From Raillietiella orientalis (Eukaryota): DNA of 64,000 nucleotides. The stretch is from the NCBI GenBank assembly GCA_036172245.1, contig JAYWIR010000007.1, positions 2,356,001 to 2,420,000 of the forward strand. The letters run 5' to 3'. The notes beneath the pieces were generated by a model, which was given only the letters and a program-made list of their open reading frames with translations, made no database searches and was not told the origin of the DNA. Positions 23,950 through 36,600 of the stretch are shown piece by piece. The translations under genes were made by a program, and so were the position numbers. How positions within the stretch are numbered: position 1 is the first letter of the stretch; every line of letters starts with the position of its first letter.

Positions 23950-26900
23950 TGCGAAAGCATTTCCGGATTCATTGGTCAGTGCAACTTCTTCATCAGTACG
24001 AATAGCTCATTCAGTAGCGAGCTATTTACTGGCTGCAACTAACAGCATCTAAAGACTTTCTTGGAAATCTCATTAGAAGTACATTTGGCAGCGACTGTGT
24101 ATTGTTTTTCCGAGAGCAAAATGATTGATTTCTTTTAACGACAGCAGAGTGGCAAGACTGTGTGACGCCCGCCCATAGAAGACGCATTTGGGATGCGAAT
24201 TTTCCAAGATGCTAACTCTCGCCTTCCTCAGAAACGAAGAATAGCTTAGTGGCACAGAAGACGTGACTGGGCCTAAGACAAAAAGGATAAGGCTTTGGGA
24301 TGAGGGCAAAAGAAAACGGAATTTTCATTTTGCAACTTCCAAAATAAGTGACACGCACCGTTTCTTCTTCTTCCAGGGATCACCCCAGCTGTTGCTGGAC
24401 AACTGCATGTCTGCTTCAACGAAGCTATCCATTCGTTGAAGTGCTGGAGGATGCCAACATTTCTGGCTGAGGACACTTCGGACAGAACTGAGCGTCCTTG
24501 TGCTACCCCACGAATGGGGGAGCGTCTTCCGAGTGCAGCGGAGCTCGCGTCATGGTGGGGTCGACTCTTGTCTGCCTCTCTTCCCTTCTTTAAGGCTCCG
24601 AAATTCGAGTTACTCGGCAGCAGCGTGGTTTTCGGTCTTCCTCAGCCATCTGTGATATCCAGTGCAGGCGGACGGGGGCTTCTCTCAGCGTTCATTGGCG
24701 CCCGGGGACGCACCCGACTGCATCTTTTACTGTGTCTGAACTCACGAGTGGCATCCCGGTTCCCCACGAGCATCAGAGGAAGCATGTCAGGAACAAGGTC
24801 AGCAACGAAGGAGCGGCCGTTCGCTTTCTCCTTCCTGGGAAGATCCAGTTTCGGGATCACTTCGTTGGACAAACCCTCTCCCTCACTCGCAGACCGTTCG
24901 CCCCGTCCCGCCGCACGCCGCGCACCGTCAACGTCGATCGCAGTGCGCGCCTAATCACGTGGGAGGGAGGGGAGAGCAGGCGGAAAATTTTTTCGTGACC
25001 AGGACACGGATAGTGAAAAGCAACGGCACAGTCCCTGGCGAGCGTCCTCCGTGTGCAGTTCACGAGAAAACCACTAGATGGTGCTGATCCACCATTCCGT
25101 GATTGCTTGGCGTTGTCATCGGCACCGAGAGGACAACTCGCGTGAGCACGGTGGCATCCGTCATTCTCCTTTCCGCGTTCCGGGCGCTCCTCTGCAATCA
25201 TGTCACACAGGGAGAGGGCAGCTCATGCTCTCCCCCTCCTCCCCTCTCGATGGCTGATGCGTTCAGCTGCTGGGGGAGAAGGAGGGGGGGGGGGGAAGGT
25301 CAGCGGAGGAGACTTGGCTGACGATTCCATCCGAATTTCGGGAAGCTCACTTTGACACGAGGCAGAGCCACGACTGCAGGGGAGATGGGGGAGGAAGGCT
25401 GGTCCACCGCATGGCGACCTTGGCTTCCGGTCAGCGTGGCGAGGGCGGACGGGCTGCTTTCACGGGAGAATCGCGTGGAGGCTCTCGGAATCTCCCTGCC
25501 TTCTTCCGGTGTGCGTGCGGCGTACTATTGCAGCCGCGCTTCCGCTTCCTGCAGCAGGGGACGCAGTGGTCCGTTCTCCGTGATTCTTCCGGAAGACTCG
25601 ACGTCGCTCCTGCTCGGAATTTGTGGGAGCGGGAAGGTGACGCCCTCTCCTTAGCGCCGGCAATCCTCAGGACTCCTCCTCCTCCCCCTCTTCCCCTCTC
25701 CCGGTTCCCTCTTCCGCCCGCGGCTGCTGTTGAGGGGTGTTCCCCTCCTAGAGAACCAGCGTCTGTCAGTGCGTCTCCCTCTTTTCGCAATCAGGGCGCC
25801 CCTCGGACACGGATAGGTCTTTCGCAGGAGTCCTCTTCCTCCCTTCCAAGTACAAGAGCACCGCCATCGCCACGGGGGCGCAGCTGACAACCCTGCTTTC
25901 GGCGTCCCTTCCGCAGCTGCCAGGTGGGCCGGCGCTTCCCACGGTTGCGGAGGGCACCTCCTCTCTCTCCCCTTCGGGCCCCCGCCAATGACGAGCTGCC
26001 ATGGAGACCCCCCTCCCCCGTCGCGCCATCGCGCCCAAGGGGTTTGCCGGATGGCGCGTGCGGGCAGTGACAGTCGCTTCAAGGGACCCCCGGGGCAAGC
26101 AAAGACTCTCACCCCCCGCTCCTCCTCCCTCACCAGTGACCCTCCCTCCTCTACCGCACATCGGGGAGCGGCGTGGGACGCTCGCTGTCAGGTCGGAAAT
26201 AAAGGAACACCCCCTCCGGACTGGCTCACCTCTGCCTGTTCGAGAGTCAGTGTGGGAATGGGGAAATGGGAGGGGGAGATCCCTCGCCTTTCGAATTTTC
26301 GCAAAGGTCAACGAGCCTTCGGGTAGGCCACGCGGGTCACTTCACCCTGTCCCCCTTTCTGTCGCTCCCTTCGCGATCTGGGAATCTTCCGGGGGTAGCC
26401 CGTCTCGCTCGGGAGTCTCCCGCGGACCCCGACGGAAGGCGCCGACCACGTGAGCGTGAGTACCGAAGTGGACCGCAGTGTGGGTGGACGCGGCTCCCAA
26501 GGAGCCGAGGAGCCTGCCGAGAAAGGCGCCTGGAGGCTCCGGCCTGTCCCCCTGCCTCGGACAATCTCGAGGGTAGGAGCGACGGCGGCGCGGGCCTCGA
26601 TGGTCTCCTCGCGCTGCGCCGATTCCCAGTGGAGAGCGGATTCGGTCAGAAGGGCGGACATGCTCTCCACGATGATTCCCCGGTCCGTCCCTTCAGGAGG
26701 CAGCGGCCCCCCTCCGTACGCCCTCGAGTGGGGACACCGGAAAAGCGGCAGGAGAGGGATGTGGTGATGGGGCCGGGGGGGAGAGAGGGCGGAGGGAAGA
26801 GACGGGTAAGACACAGCTCGTTCCATGGCCTCGGCGGGTGGCAGCAGCGGACGCGAGGGGCAAAAGGTCGTAGAAGGGGTGCGACACCCGCAACCAGAGC

Positions 26901-27200
26901 GTTGGGGGTGCTCTGCGCCCCACCCCAGGGACCCGCCGAAGAGGGTCGCAGAGTCACACGGCAGTGGTTGCGCTCAGGGTGGGGTCGGGGAAGGGTGGCT
27001 TCCCAGACCGCGGAGGAGGGGGTGGTCGGCTGCAAACCCTTCTGGACCCGAGGACACTCTCGCGGGGGGGGACACACCAGGACGAGGCCGAAGTAGCGGA
27101 GGCGGAGTAGCCGGCGTGCGGACTCTCTCGCTTCCCTCGAGTTCCCATGGGATCCGAGGGAAGAAAGACGGCACCGGCGTCTCACGGAGGGCCCTCGCGT
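23950..27200 (-). mobile_element. Degenerate L1/Tx1-like LINE ORF2 (RT to zf-RVT)
   Basis: In order: IPLLP (~26755), DRGII (~26680), IVRGR (~26560), IRKARD (~26290), LPRGS (~26090), KAGL (~25897), YLEG (~25848), LDLPR (~24845), EET..HLFW (~24365-24340). Confidence 0.65.
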
Positions 27201-29950
27201 CCTCTCGCTGACCTCGGATCGACCCAGAAACGTTCTTCCGGCCGGTGATCCGAGGCGGGGAGAGCGAGCCCTGAGGATTTTTCGGGGAGCGCTTGAAGGA
27301 GACCAGAGGGCACAGGGGGGGGGGGAAGGGATGCTGTGAAGACTCGCGGAAGGATCACGCGATGGACCTGCGGGTAGCTGGGGATCTGGTCACTTCGTCC
27401 GCTTTGGAAGCGGGAATGAGGGCGGAGGGACCCACCTCGGCGACCCTCGGAAGGCGGCATGCGGGGGAGGGTAGGGGTGGGGTCAGTGGGAGTGGGGGAA
27501 CACCACCGGACGCGCTCTCCAGGAGCTAGGGCAGGACATGGCGGTAGACTAGGAGGGACGTCGGACTATGACACGGGGAAAGGGGGGGGGGGGCGAACAG
27601 GTATGGGAGAGGTGCTCCCGCCTGCCCCGGTGTGTCTCGGTGAGGGACCGGTCGAAATGAGGGTTGCTGGGGTCTCCGGAGAAAGGAGTACGGTCACCCC
27701 CGAAGGACATCCCGAGGTCGGCAGCGCGGCTCGAGGCGGACCGGTCAGCACCCAGGAGCCCTGGGAGGGATCATGGGATCCCACTGAGAGGGGCTGTGTC
27801 CTTTCCCTGCCTTCGCCGGACACTTTGGGTCCGGCTGCGTGAAGGATCCGGGAGAGTTCCCATCCTTCCTCCCAAGGTCGTTCTCCCCGGGTCATCGCTC
27901 AGAGGAGGTCGGTGCGGGGTGAGGCGCGAGAGCGGGAGAGAGCTGATGGGATCAGGACGCAGCCCACATGAGGAAAGGCAGGAAGGGCAGCGTGGGGGTG
28001 ATCGCAGAATGGCCTCAGGGAGGACAGAGAGAGGGAAGCACGGGGGAAGCGGGGTTCACAGAGCCCTCCCCCCATCCGACTTTCTGCCTCGTTCGGAATG
28101 CCTCAGAGGAGTCACCCTCTCCCGAAGTCGCGGTCATCCGCCGCCTGGCTCATCGCCCGGGGCTGCGTCTTCCTACACTCTGGCAGGAATTGGCTCGGTG
28201 GTCCGACCGGAGACGTCCTTCCCCTCCCCTGCTGACCGGGAGCAGATCCCGACGGTGAGAACGCACCTGGGAGAACGACACGGAGGGGCGGGGGGGTGGC
28301 GCTCGGAAAAAGACGATGCCTATCGGACAGCGAGGGAAAAGTTGAAGATTAAACAGATGGAAAAGATACTAACAGACGGCGGAGTTTTCTCCGTGAACAG
28401 CTGGATCCGTGGAGATCCTCCGAGGCCAGGGGAACGTCGACCTTGATCGAGAGACTTAGGAACGTGCTCACTCACTCTAAAAGAGAGGGAGGGGAAGGGT
28501 GAGCACCCCTCGCGTCCGCAGGCGCAAAGCATCGCGGATTTTCCAGTCTCCTGGGCTTGCGGCGGTCACCCGAGGCAGCAGCGGGCGAACAGGAAGAGCG
28601 GAGGTCCCAGGTCCCCTTGAGAAGGACTCGTAGGAGCCGCAGCGCGGATCTGACCCTCTGGCGGTTGCTATGTCCGGGGAGACAACCCTCGCGGGTCCCC
28701 CACCACCACCTCTGGCTACCCCACTGCGTCTTTCGCCCACTGGTTAGGAGCAGGGAGGAGGAGGGAGAGGAGCAGGGGTGTCCTCTTGTCGCTTCCCTGC
28801 ATCAGAAGCCCAGGGACAGGGACGTCTCTCCAGGGCCCACAGCCACCGACAGACTTCCCCTTGCCGAGATGAGGGAGCGAAACGAGTGTGGGTGAGGGCG
28901 GGGATGGGACAAACGGAGAGCCAGCAACCCCTGACCTGCCGCCTGGGAGACTTGGCTGCTGGGCGCTGATCCTCCTGGCTTCCCGTCCCCCTCTCTCCCC
29001 TGCCCTCCGTGGGGTCTCCTTTGCAAGAACCATGCTCGGCCGGATCGTGCCCCTGGGGGGTTTCCCTTGGCGACCCTCGCACCCCAGCCACTTGACACTC
29101 CTCCTCTCCCGCTCTCCTCTCCGTCCCAAGGCTGGTTGAGCCTTCCAGCGTTCGCTCCTGGACTGACATTACATCCGGTGGTCCTTCGCTTCGCGCGCGG
29201 TCCCAGCCAGAGGTCACAGGCAAGTGCCTCCGTTCCTCAACTCCCGTCCGCACTCGCCCGGACCATTCCATCGCGTTCGCCTACCCCTTTCCCTGCTGGT
29301 CCCCGGGCTCGTCTCGTCCGGGAGGCGGCTACGGCGGAATCTCAGCGCGGGGCATGTCGGCTGTTGGTTGGTTCCGCCGAGCGCACCCTACCTCCCGTTC
29401 GCCCTTCGGTAGCCTTCGTCCCTCTCCCCTGGGCTGACCAGCCGAGGATTCCTCCCTGGAGAATGGGCGGTCTGGTCTGGATGGGCAGGGGGTTCCCTCC
29501 CTTCTCCTCAATGCCACCCACCCCCCGCTGAGGCTTTCTCCGCCTCCAGTTCAGAGAATGGGGACAGAAGAGGAGAAGGGGGAGAAGGGAAGTGGGAGAG
29601 GAGCTTATTCCCTGCGTCCCGACTTTCCCCAGCGGGCACGTTTCTGAGGACAGCGTCAAGATGGGAACAGTTAAACAGGAACTTGCCGACGTCCTTACAA
29701 GGATGCAGAGGACACCCTCTAGCACGTAGTGATCCCTTCCCGAACCAACCACTTTTTTGTGTGTGTATTTTTCCTTCTATTTTTCTTTGTGTTTGTATCC
29801 TCTTCCCCTGTGCTGCAGAGACCACCCCGCTGGCCTGTGTGCCAGATCCCGACAGGTTCCTTCTCGTATTCGTAAGTAACGTGGCAGGATGAAACGTCCT
29901 ACCATAGACATGTATGTTTATTTTTTAAGTAAACGTTCCGGTGTGACCGG
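27200..29950 (+). mobile_element. Degenerate L1/Tx1-like LINE ORF2 with intact 3' end; same family as the 57.1-58.5 kb copy
   Basis: RSPGRDHGIP (~27755), ILPPK (~27865), GMPQ..PL (~28095), GVFSVN (~28381). C-terminus FLRTASRW..ELADVLTRMQRTPSST-stop matches FMRTAARW..ESAGILERMQKTPSSSR-stop of the 57 kb copy, and the 3'UTRs align. Confidence 0.75.
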
Positions 29951-29959
29951 GTGTCAACC

Positions 29960-32900
29960 CAGTGGGCGCATGACGCCGGCCGGAATCTCCGGACCAGGAC
30001 CCGAGTCGCCGCCGAGGTCGCCAGCGGGGCAGCCTTGGAGGCTCCCTGCCGGATTGAGGCTCGCGTCCGTCCGTGAAGGGAGAACCACCCTTGCCTGGAT
30101 CGTGTCCTGCGGAAGCCCTCGCGTTGGGGCGGGGACGGGGAAGAAACGCGCCTTCCTCGCTCGCCATCCAGCGCGCACGCGCGTCTCCCGTGATGGCGCC
30201 GCGCCTCCCCGGCGTCGCCCGTCCCTGGTCCCAGCGACCCGTTAGCCGCTCGCTTCCTCTGTCGGGGGCGCGACCGAGGGGAAGTCGTCCTCGCCGCCAG
30301 TCCTCCCCCAGGGCAGGAAGTCGCTATACCGGAAGTCCCGTCTGGAGGCGGACGTCATCCCTTTGATCTCCGCCAGGGACTCCGCAGACGCGGCGGCGGC
30401 GCTCGCGTCTCCCTCGCTCTCCCCCCTCCCCTGCTCTCCCGGCAGCAGCCCGTACCTTCCCGTTCCCCTCGCGAGATGCTTCCCGTGCCCAGGAACATCT
30501 CCGTAATTAAGCGGATGCGAGCAGCTCGCTCTCCTCGTGATTTAATTAACGTCCCGAAATCATCCCGCATCAATGGGATCTCCTCTCAGTCGGCAGCTGG
30601 GAGAGAGCGGGCCATCTTTCAAAGGCGTTCCTCCAGCGGGGCCTCTCGAAGAACGCGCCCTGATGAATGGAGGGGAGGGGGAGGGGGAAAGAGGGACGAG
30701 AGAGTCCTCGCGGTCTTATCCGTCCAGGAATCTATCCCCAATTTCTCCGTCCCGCAGGAATGGTCCTAGCCCGGAGTCGAGACAGCAGTGTCTTCCTCCT
30801 CCTCTCCTTCTGCTTCTCCCTCTTCCTCTTCCTCTTTTGCCTGCTCGTGAAGTCTCTCGCTGCTTCCGAAACTGCCATCCAGCCTACCCGGTGGCCCCGT
30901 CTCCACCTCCTGGATCCTTCCTCCGGAAGCGGTTCCCTCTGGTATGTGCGGAAGGCGCAGCTGCCGCATCCCTTCCAGATGCATGCGGAAGGCGATGAGC
31001 TTCGGAGCCTGCAGAGCGGCCCCCTGGGAGGGGGGCAGCTGAGGGTCGTTTCGTGGATTCATCTGGGACTGGGATTCCAGGGAGCGAAGTCGCTGAGGTG
31101 GTGGCTGGACCTCTTCGCCCCCAGGCACGCGCGTACGTGTGTGCAGAGGTGATTCGAAGGGTCACGTTCGAAGCGCTCGCCGCCGGGCTCCGTCGCACCA
31201 GGGAAGTGCACGGGTGGAGGATAGGGGGTGCAGTGCAGAGACGGCTCTCACGGAAGATGAGCGTGCACCCCGATCGGGGCAGCTGCAAACGCCCCTGCAG
31301 CGCTGGGAACAACCAGGCCGGATAAACGCCGGACGCTACCGCAGTGTCCTGCAAATGTCAGGGCGACGCCCGGTGTGTATGGGAGAACCCCGGAAGGCCG
31401 GTGGTTCTGCTCCCTCAGAGTATGGGTAGGATCCTTGTCATACCTGACAAGGATCCTCGATGATGCCGTCGCGTCTTCAGGGCAATTCCCGGAATCAGTC
31501 GGATCGGTGAGGGGGTGACCGGGAGGGGAAGGAGGGTGTGGCAGGTGGACACGATCCGTTCAGACTTTCTCCCGCTCAGGTCCCTCATCCCCCTCTCTCC
31601 AATGTTTGCGACGTGAGGTGGGCCCGGAGAGGCCGTGCCGCTACCTTCCGGCCTTCTTCCGGCAGGGATGCAGAGCTACGGGAGCATTGAAGCGGCAGCC
31701 GACGTGAGAGTGGTTTCTTGGGCAACGTGAGCGTCCTCCGGAAGACAACGCCGGAAGGCACCGTCTTCTGGGAAGCTACGCAACTCCTCCCAGTTCACAC
31801 GGGGTGCCGCGGAGGTTCCCTCCGGGAGAGCCAGGAGTTCCATCAGGAGTCCCTCTCAGGGAATTCCCGTCCCAGGAAAAATCAGCAGAACGAAGCGGGA
31901 AGAGGTAAGGGGAGAGGGGAGGGGGAAGGGAGGGAGACATGAGAATCATCCGACGTATCTCCCCGGAAGTTTGGTTGGCACCCGCGATGCGCGAGCGTTG
32001 TCATGACGACGCGATCGATCCGGCTTCGGAGCCAACGGGGGCTGGACTCTGCTGGAAGTCCTCCTCCCCGGGTGTTTTCTTTTCGTCGGGAGGCGGCTGG
32101 GATGCGTGGTGCTGCGCCGAGAAAGGCGACCGGGTGACTACGGGGAGGAGGAGGTGAATCCTCACGCCTCGGGAAGAGAGCCGCCATCGGGAAACGCTAT
32201 CGTGGATGGATGTCCCTGTATCGGCCCACAACTACGCCGGAGGGTGAGCCCTCGCTGAAGGGGGCTCCTTCCCAGGGCGCGGGACATCTGAAATCTCGGC
32301 GGGAACCGGGGGCAGGGCACGAGAGGGACGGATGGGATGGTCTGAGGCTGAAGGGAAGGGGGGGAAGGAGAAGCTACCAGCGTCTTCTTCCTCGGGACGT
32401 ACTGTGGGGGTCGATCGACCTGGGTCCTTGGCTTCTGGGAAAGTGTTATGAGTAAGGGGGATGAGGGAAGAAGGGGGCGCAGAGGTGCCGCCACGAAGCA
32501 GACTAGGGAAGCGGCGGGAGGGCAGAGAGGCGCCGTCCGCAGTCCCCTCTGCACCGGGAGGGGGGTTCAGCAGCCCCAGGAAGGCGGCTCGAGAAGACCG
32601 CTCGCAGCTGCATCCTCCTGAATACAGGGGAGGTCCATCCTTGTCTTCTCTTCCAAGAGGTGAGGGAAGGGCGATCCGCAAGCGCTCTCCCGAACGCGAA
32701 GGTGTGCTCTCCTCTCTGTCGGCGGACCCATCCGCAGCTCCCGGTCATCTGTGGTCTTCTGTGGAGGGTTCACCACAGAAGGGAAGGGAAGTTCCCTCTC
32801 CGGCGAGGCGTGCTCGTAGTTCTGCGTCTTCTACCCGCCGCCCCTGGTGGCGATGGCGGAAGTTCTCTTCTTGCCACCCTTCCGGGCCACGCAGGCGGTG

Positions 32901-33000
32901 GCTCCCTGAATTGACGCCTGCGGAGCCACTCCAGGGAGGGATAACGGACGAAGGCCCTCAAACTCTCTTCTGGACTTTTCCAGCCACGGGAGTGGACCTC
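29960..33000 (-). mobile_element. Degenerate LINE (5' half to RT start)
   Basis: Nucleotide similarity of 30505-30540 to 53352-53387. VASGVYP (~31330) and SCPGG (~30310) motif remnants. Extent uncertain. Confidence 0.45.
31428..31457. repeat. Perfect inverted repeat, 13-bp arms and 4-nt loop
   Basis: AGGATCCTTGTCA-TACC-TGACAAGGATCCT. Confidence 0.95.
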
Positions 33001-33153
33001 GCGGGTGGCGTTCTCTCGCGTGTCCGGGAAGCGGTGTACTGAACGGCGGCTGGGTTGAGGGAAGAGGGGGAAGATGTGCCCTCTCTCCGCCAGGTACGTA
33101 ATCTACGCGTGAATGGCGGAACCGACGGGAGGCGGCGCGCGGGATCGCGGCGC

Positions 33154-33161
33154 TGACGTCA
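33154..33161. promoter_or_regulatory. CRE palindrome in a CpG-dense, LINE-free segment
   Basis: TGACGTCA exact match. Function unproven. Confidence 0.25.
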
Positions 33162-35049
33162 CCGCCACCGAGAGCGTGCCAGCGCGGCGCGGAATGATCT
33201 GTCAGGTCGGAGCCTCCCCGCGCCTGGCGTGCGCACCCGCACGTGGGGACGGGAAGAACAGGTGATTTGCGGGCCTTGCTGCGTGCGCAGGTGCATCCCC
33301 GTCCCCCTCCCCTTCACTTGGAGGTTGCGAAGACGGGGGAGTCAGGCTGCAGGACTTTTGCGCGCGCGCTAACGAGATCCGGTGACGGCAGCTCCTTTCT
33401 TCCCAGCAACCCGGAGAGTAATCAGAACAGCATCTGGAGCAGTATCTCATTAACATTAATGACATACTCGGAGGACGGACTCAGATGACGAAGTGCAGAT
33501 TCCTTTCTTTTCTTTTCTTTTTTTCTTCCGCCTGTCATGGAAACACTTTCGATGTCTCAAGCACACTCAAATAATCTCGATGGACTTCTCATTGACGAGA
33601 TAAAAAAAACGCGCCGCGAGGTCCCGGAAAACAATTTTTCGTTTGTTTCCGTTAAAATGCTAACGGGAAAGGAGCAAAAAAAAAAGAAAAAGAAGAAATT
33701 TCTTTTTTTTCTCTGGCACGAGTTTTCATGCGACTTGATTCGAATGAGCGTACGCGTTCGCCTGCATACGAATCGTGGGCGCCGATTGGTCAATTTGTGC
33801 TTCGCATCAAAGTGCAGTCGAAAAATTCCCAAATGTGACGTTTCTAAACGACATTACGTGAAACCGGATTACAGAAGGGATTGATTATCGGAAACGGGAG
33901 ATGGACCCGGATACGCTCCATGGGCGCAGTGTCACATGAAAGCCTGCCTTTTTTTTTTTTTTTTTTTCTTTGTTTTTGTTTTGTTTCTTCTTCCCCATTT
34001 TCCCACTTTCGGACTGGCACCCCTTCTTAATTAACGAAAGGCAACAATGGGAACGCGAAGCGCAGGGAAAGTTGATAGGAGGTAACGAATGCTACCAGGA
34101 AGCGGAATTAGAAAACCTGCCAACCCTACTAGGAAGCAGGGTTAGCAGGTTTTCTAATTTCACTAATATTTACGCGCATCATCTTTTCGCACAATAAAAG
34201 GGCAAAGCAGAACTAACGCGTATTTTTTCCACAGGAAGGTGCCAGACTCATCGGACATTTTACCGGTGCTTGCCATCCAAGGAATATGGAAAAAAGTCGA
34301 TCCGTGAGGCTCGGTGCACTTCCGTACAATGAAAAGCATCGCCGAAAATTCGTTCATTCACTGATGTTATTGTCGGTTTTAAACTGCTCAGCAAGCAAAC
34401 ATCTAAAGACACCCAAGGAGGTTTGCTTCTTTCGGAACAATTTGCGTGTACGTGTGTGTGTTTGATGTGTACGTGCTCATTGCCGGCGTGCACCAAACAT
34501 TGGTGGATGGGGATGCGGCATGAAAACGGCAGGAGAAAACAAGTTTGGGCAACAAGCCAGCACGGGTTCGGGTGGTAAGAAAGGAGACGGACCTCATGAA
34601 CGCGTTTTTCCTCTCGTCATTTTCGAGGAAAGGGGAGGGAACGAAAAATGTCCGTAAGCAGGAAAAAAACGGTCAGCATTCCCATCCGAATCCGCAGCAT
34701 CGGCATGATTAATGCAATTAACGATCCTTGCTGCCCCGTGGATCAAAGCGATGGAACGGGGAACCCGAATGAATTTTGTCGCTCGTCATGCACGGTCTGT
34801 TTGGGCAGCCTCTGCCACGACATGTGCCGTGTCCGGTGTTTGCGCAGGCTGCACAGAAAGCAAACGGACTCGCGCTGCCTTCATCCGGTGACACTCCGTC
34901 GTGAAGGGAGCGACTGCTTGCTGTTGACTACTCTTTCCCACCCGGGCTCCAGGCTGAGGGCTTAAGTCGTTTTAATTGGCTACCTCCACCGAGCAAATTA
35001 ACAAACCCACAGGAGACCCTCAGAGGACGATTCTGGACCCGAGTTTTTT

Positions 35050-36600
35050 TTTCCTTTTTTTCAAATTTGCGTTTCTCCGAAATGCCCCTCATTGCAGAAC
35101 CCATTGCTTCACTCAGCTGTAAGGGCAACCCCTTTTCGAAACTCGCTCCCACTGCACGCTCCCGAAGGATTTTTACAACGGGAGGATGCAGAGAAGGCCA
35201 TCCGGATGCTTGCCGGATGATCTTCAGTAGAATGCCTTCGGCGCTCGGAGGACCTGGAGATTTTGGCTTCTTTGGAAAGTGACCAGGAAGTGTCGGCAAT
35301 GGCCGCGAGATGACTCCAGTCCTCCCGGGAAGAGTTTGGTGCGTGCTCTCTCCCATCTCTGCATCGATGGACGACGGCTTCTCCGCTCCCGGAGTCTCTG
35401 GAGGTGTTCTCGGAGCTTCGTGCCTCCTCCTGTCGTCCCAGGGCGCTCTGAGCGCGCGCGCGCCGGCAGCGTCGTCCGCTTTCCTGTCCGCTTGCCGGGA
35501 CGGGAACCTGGGAAACGAGTGGAGGAGCGACAACGGTTCGGGAGGTTGACCTCGATCCCCGAGTCTTTCTGGAACCCGGCGTCTGCTGGAGTCGCGCGCG
35601 CACCCAAGTTCTAACCCACTGACCTCGGCTCGATCAAGGCGACCTCGCAAAGGTTCCCAAGAGACAATGGGATGGTGGAGACGAAAAAAAAAAAGGGAAG
35701 ATCTGAGGGAACAGAAAACCCAAGAGGAGCGCGCGCGCGGCAGCAGGAGGTCAGCGAAGGCGTCCTTCCCGAACTCCGGGGTCGAGGTCACACCTGCCGG
35801 AAGAGACGTACTTTGGCGGCGCTGTTTCTGAGAAAACGCTCTTCTAGCTGATCAGCCGGGCATTGGGCACCTGACGAGAACCTCCCGCCGCGCCACCACC
35901 GCGTTGGCGGAGACCACCCTGGCCCGGGGCGACGCCTGCTGCGCTGAAGACTGGGATCCCACCCGAAGATTGCCGGCAGCTTCCTTCCAGACATGTGTCC
36001 GCGGAGGAGGCTGAGGGAGCAGGCGCGCCGGGAGCTCAACGAACAGCATCCCTCCCGCTCCACGCACCGGGAAGGACTCAAGAGACCGCGCCTGGACCGC
36101 GGTGTCAAGGAAGGCGCCGGGATGTCCGAAATGGGAGAATAGCGCCATGTGGGCTTTTTTCCGCGTCCACCCCCCGAGGCCATCTTGTCGCGGGAAGTCT
36201 CCATCGCCACTGACGGACGCACCGTGGATGTCGCGCGCGCAGACGACAGCGCACAGCGTGCAGCTCTGCTACAGGAGCCGCTCGACCATGCTGACCTCGG
36301 CCGCTGCACGTGCGCCCTCTCTCTCTCTGCCATCGCTGAAACGCTGGTCGGCGCAACGGTCACGCGTGCCCCTGCACAGGCGAGCGCGGCACACGCCCTC
36401 CACATGCGCTCGGCTGCCGCGGTCGCTGAGGATGCTCGCAGCTAGGAGGAACCTGGTCGATGGAGCGGGTGTGTACCACTGCTGCTGCTGGTCCGCATCT
36501 CCTTTCCTCTCTTCTCCTCTCCGCGCGCTCGCGTCCATTTCCGGGGGAAGCAGAAGCAGCAGCTAGGAACGTCCGCAAACCACGTGGGGATCCCCAGGCA
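35050..36600 (-). mobile_element. Degenerate LINE APE endonuclease plus RT N-terminus
   Basis: GDGDF (~36200), PTW..PISD (~36150-36122), HVWKE (~35990), KPKSPGP..LLKII (~35265-35220). Confidence 0.55.

Noticed and set aside
36149..36445. Coding-looking plus-strand ORF
   Set aside because: The opposite strand carries ordered APE endonuclease motifs (GDF, PTW, SD, WK); no convincing splice or start context.
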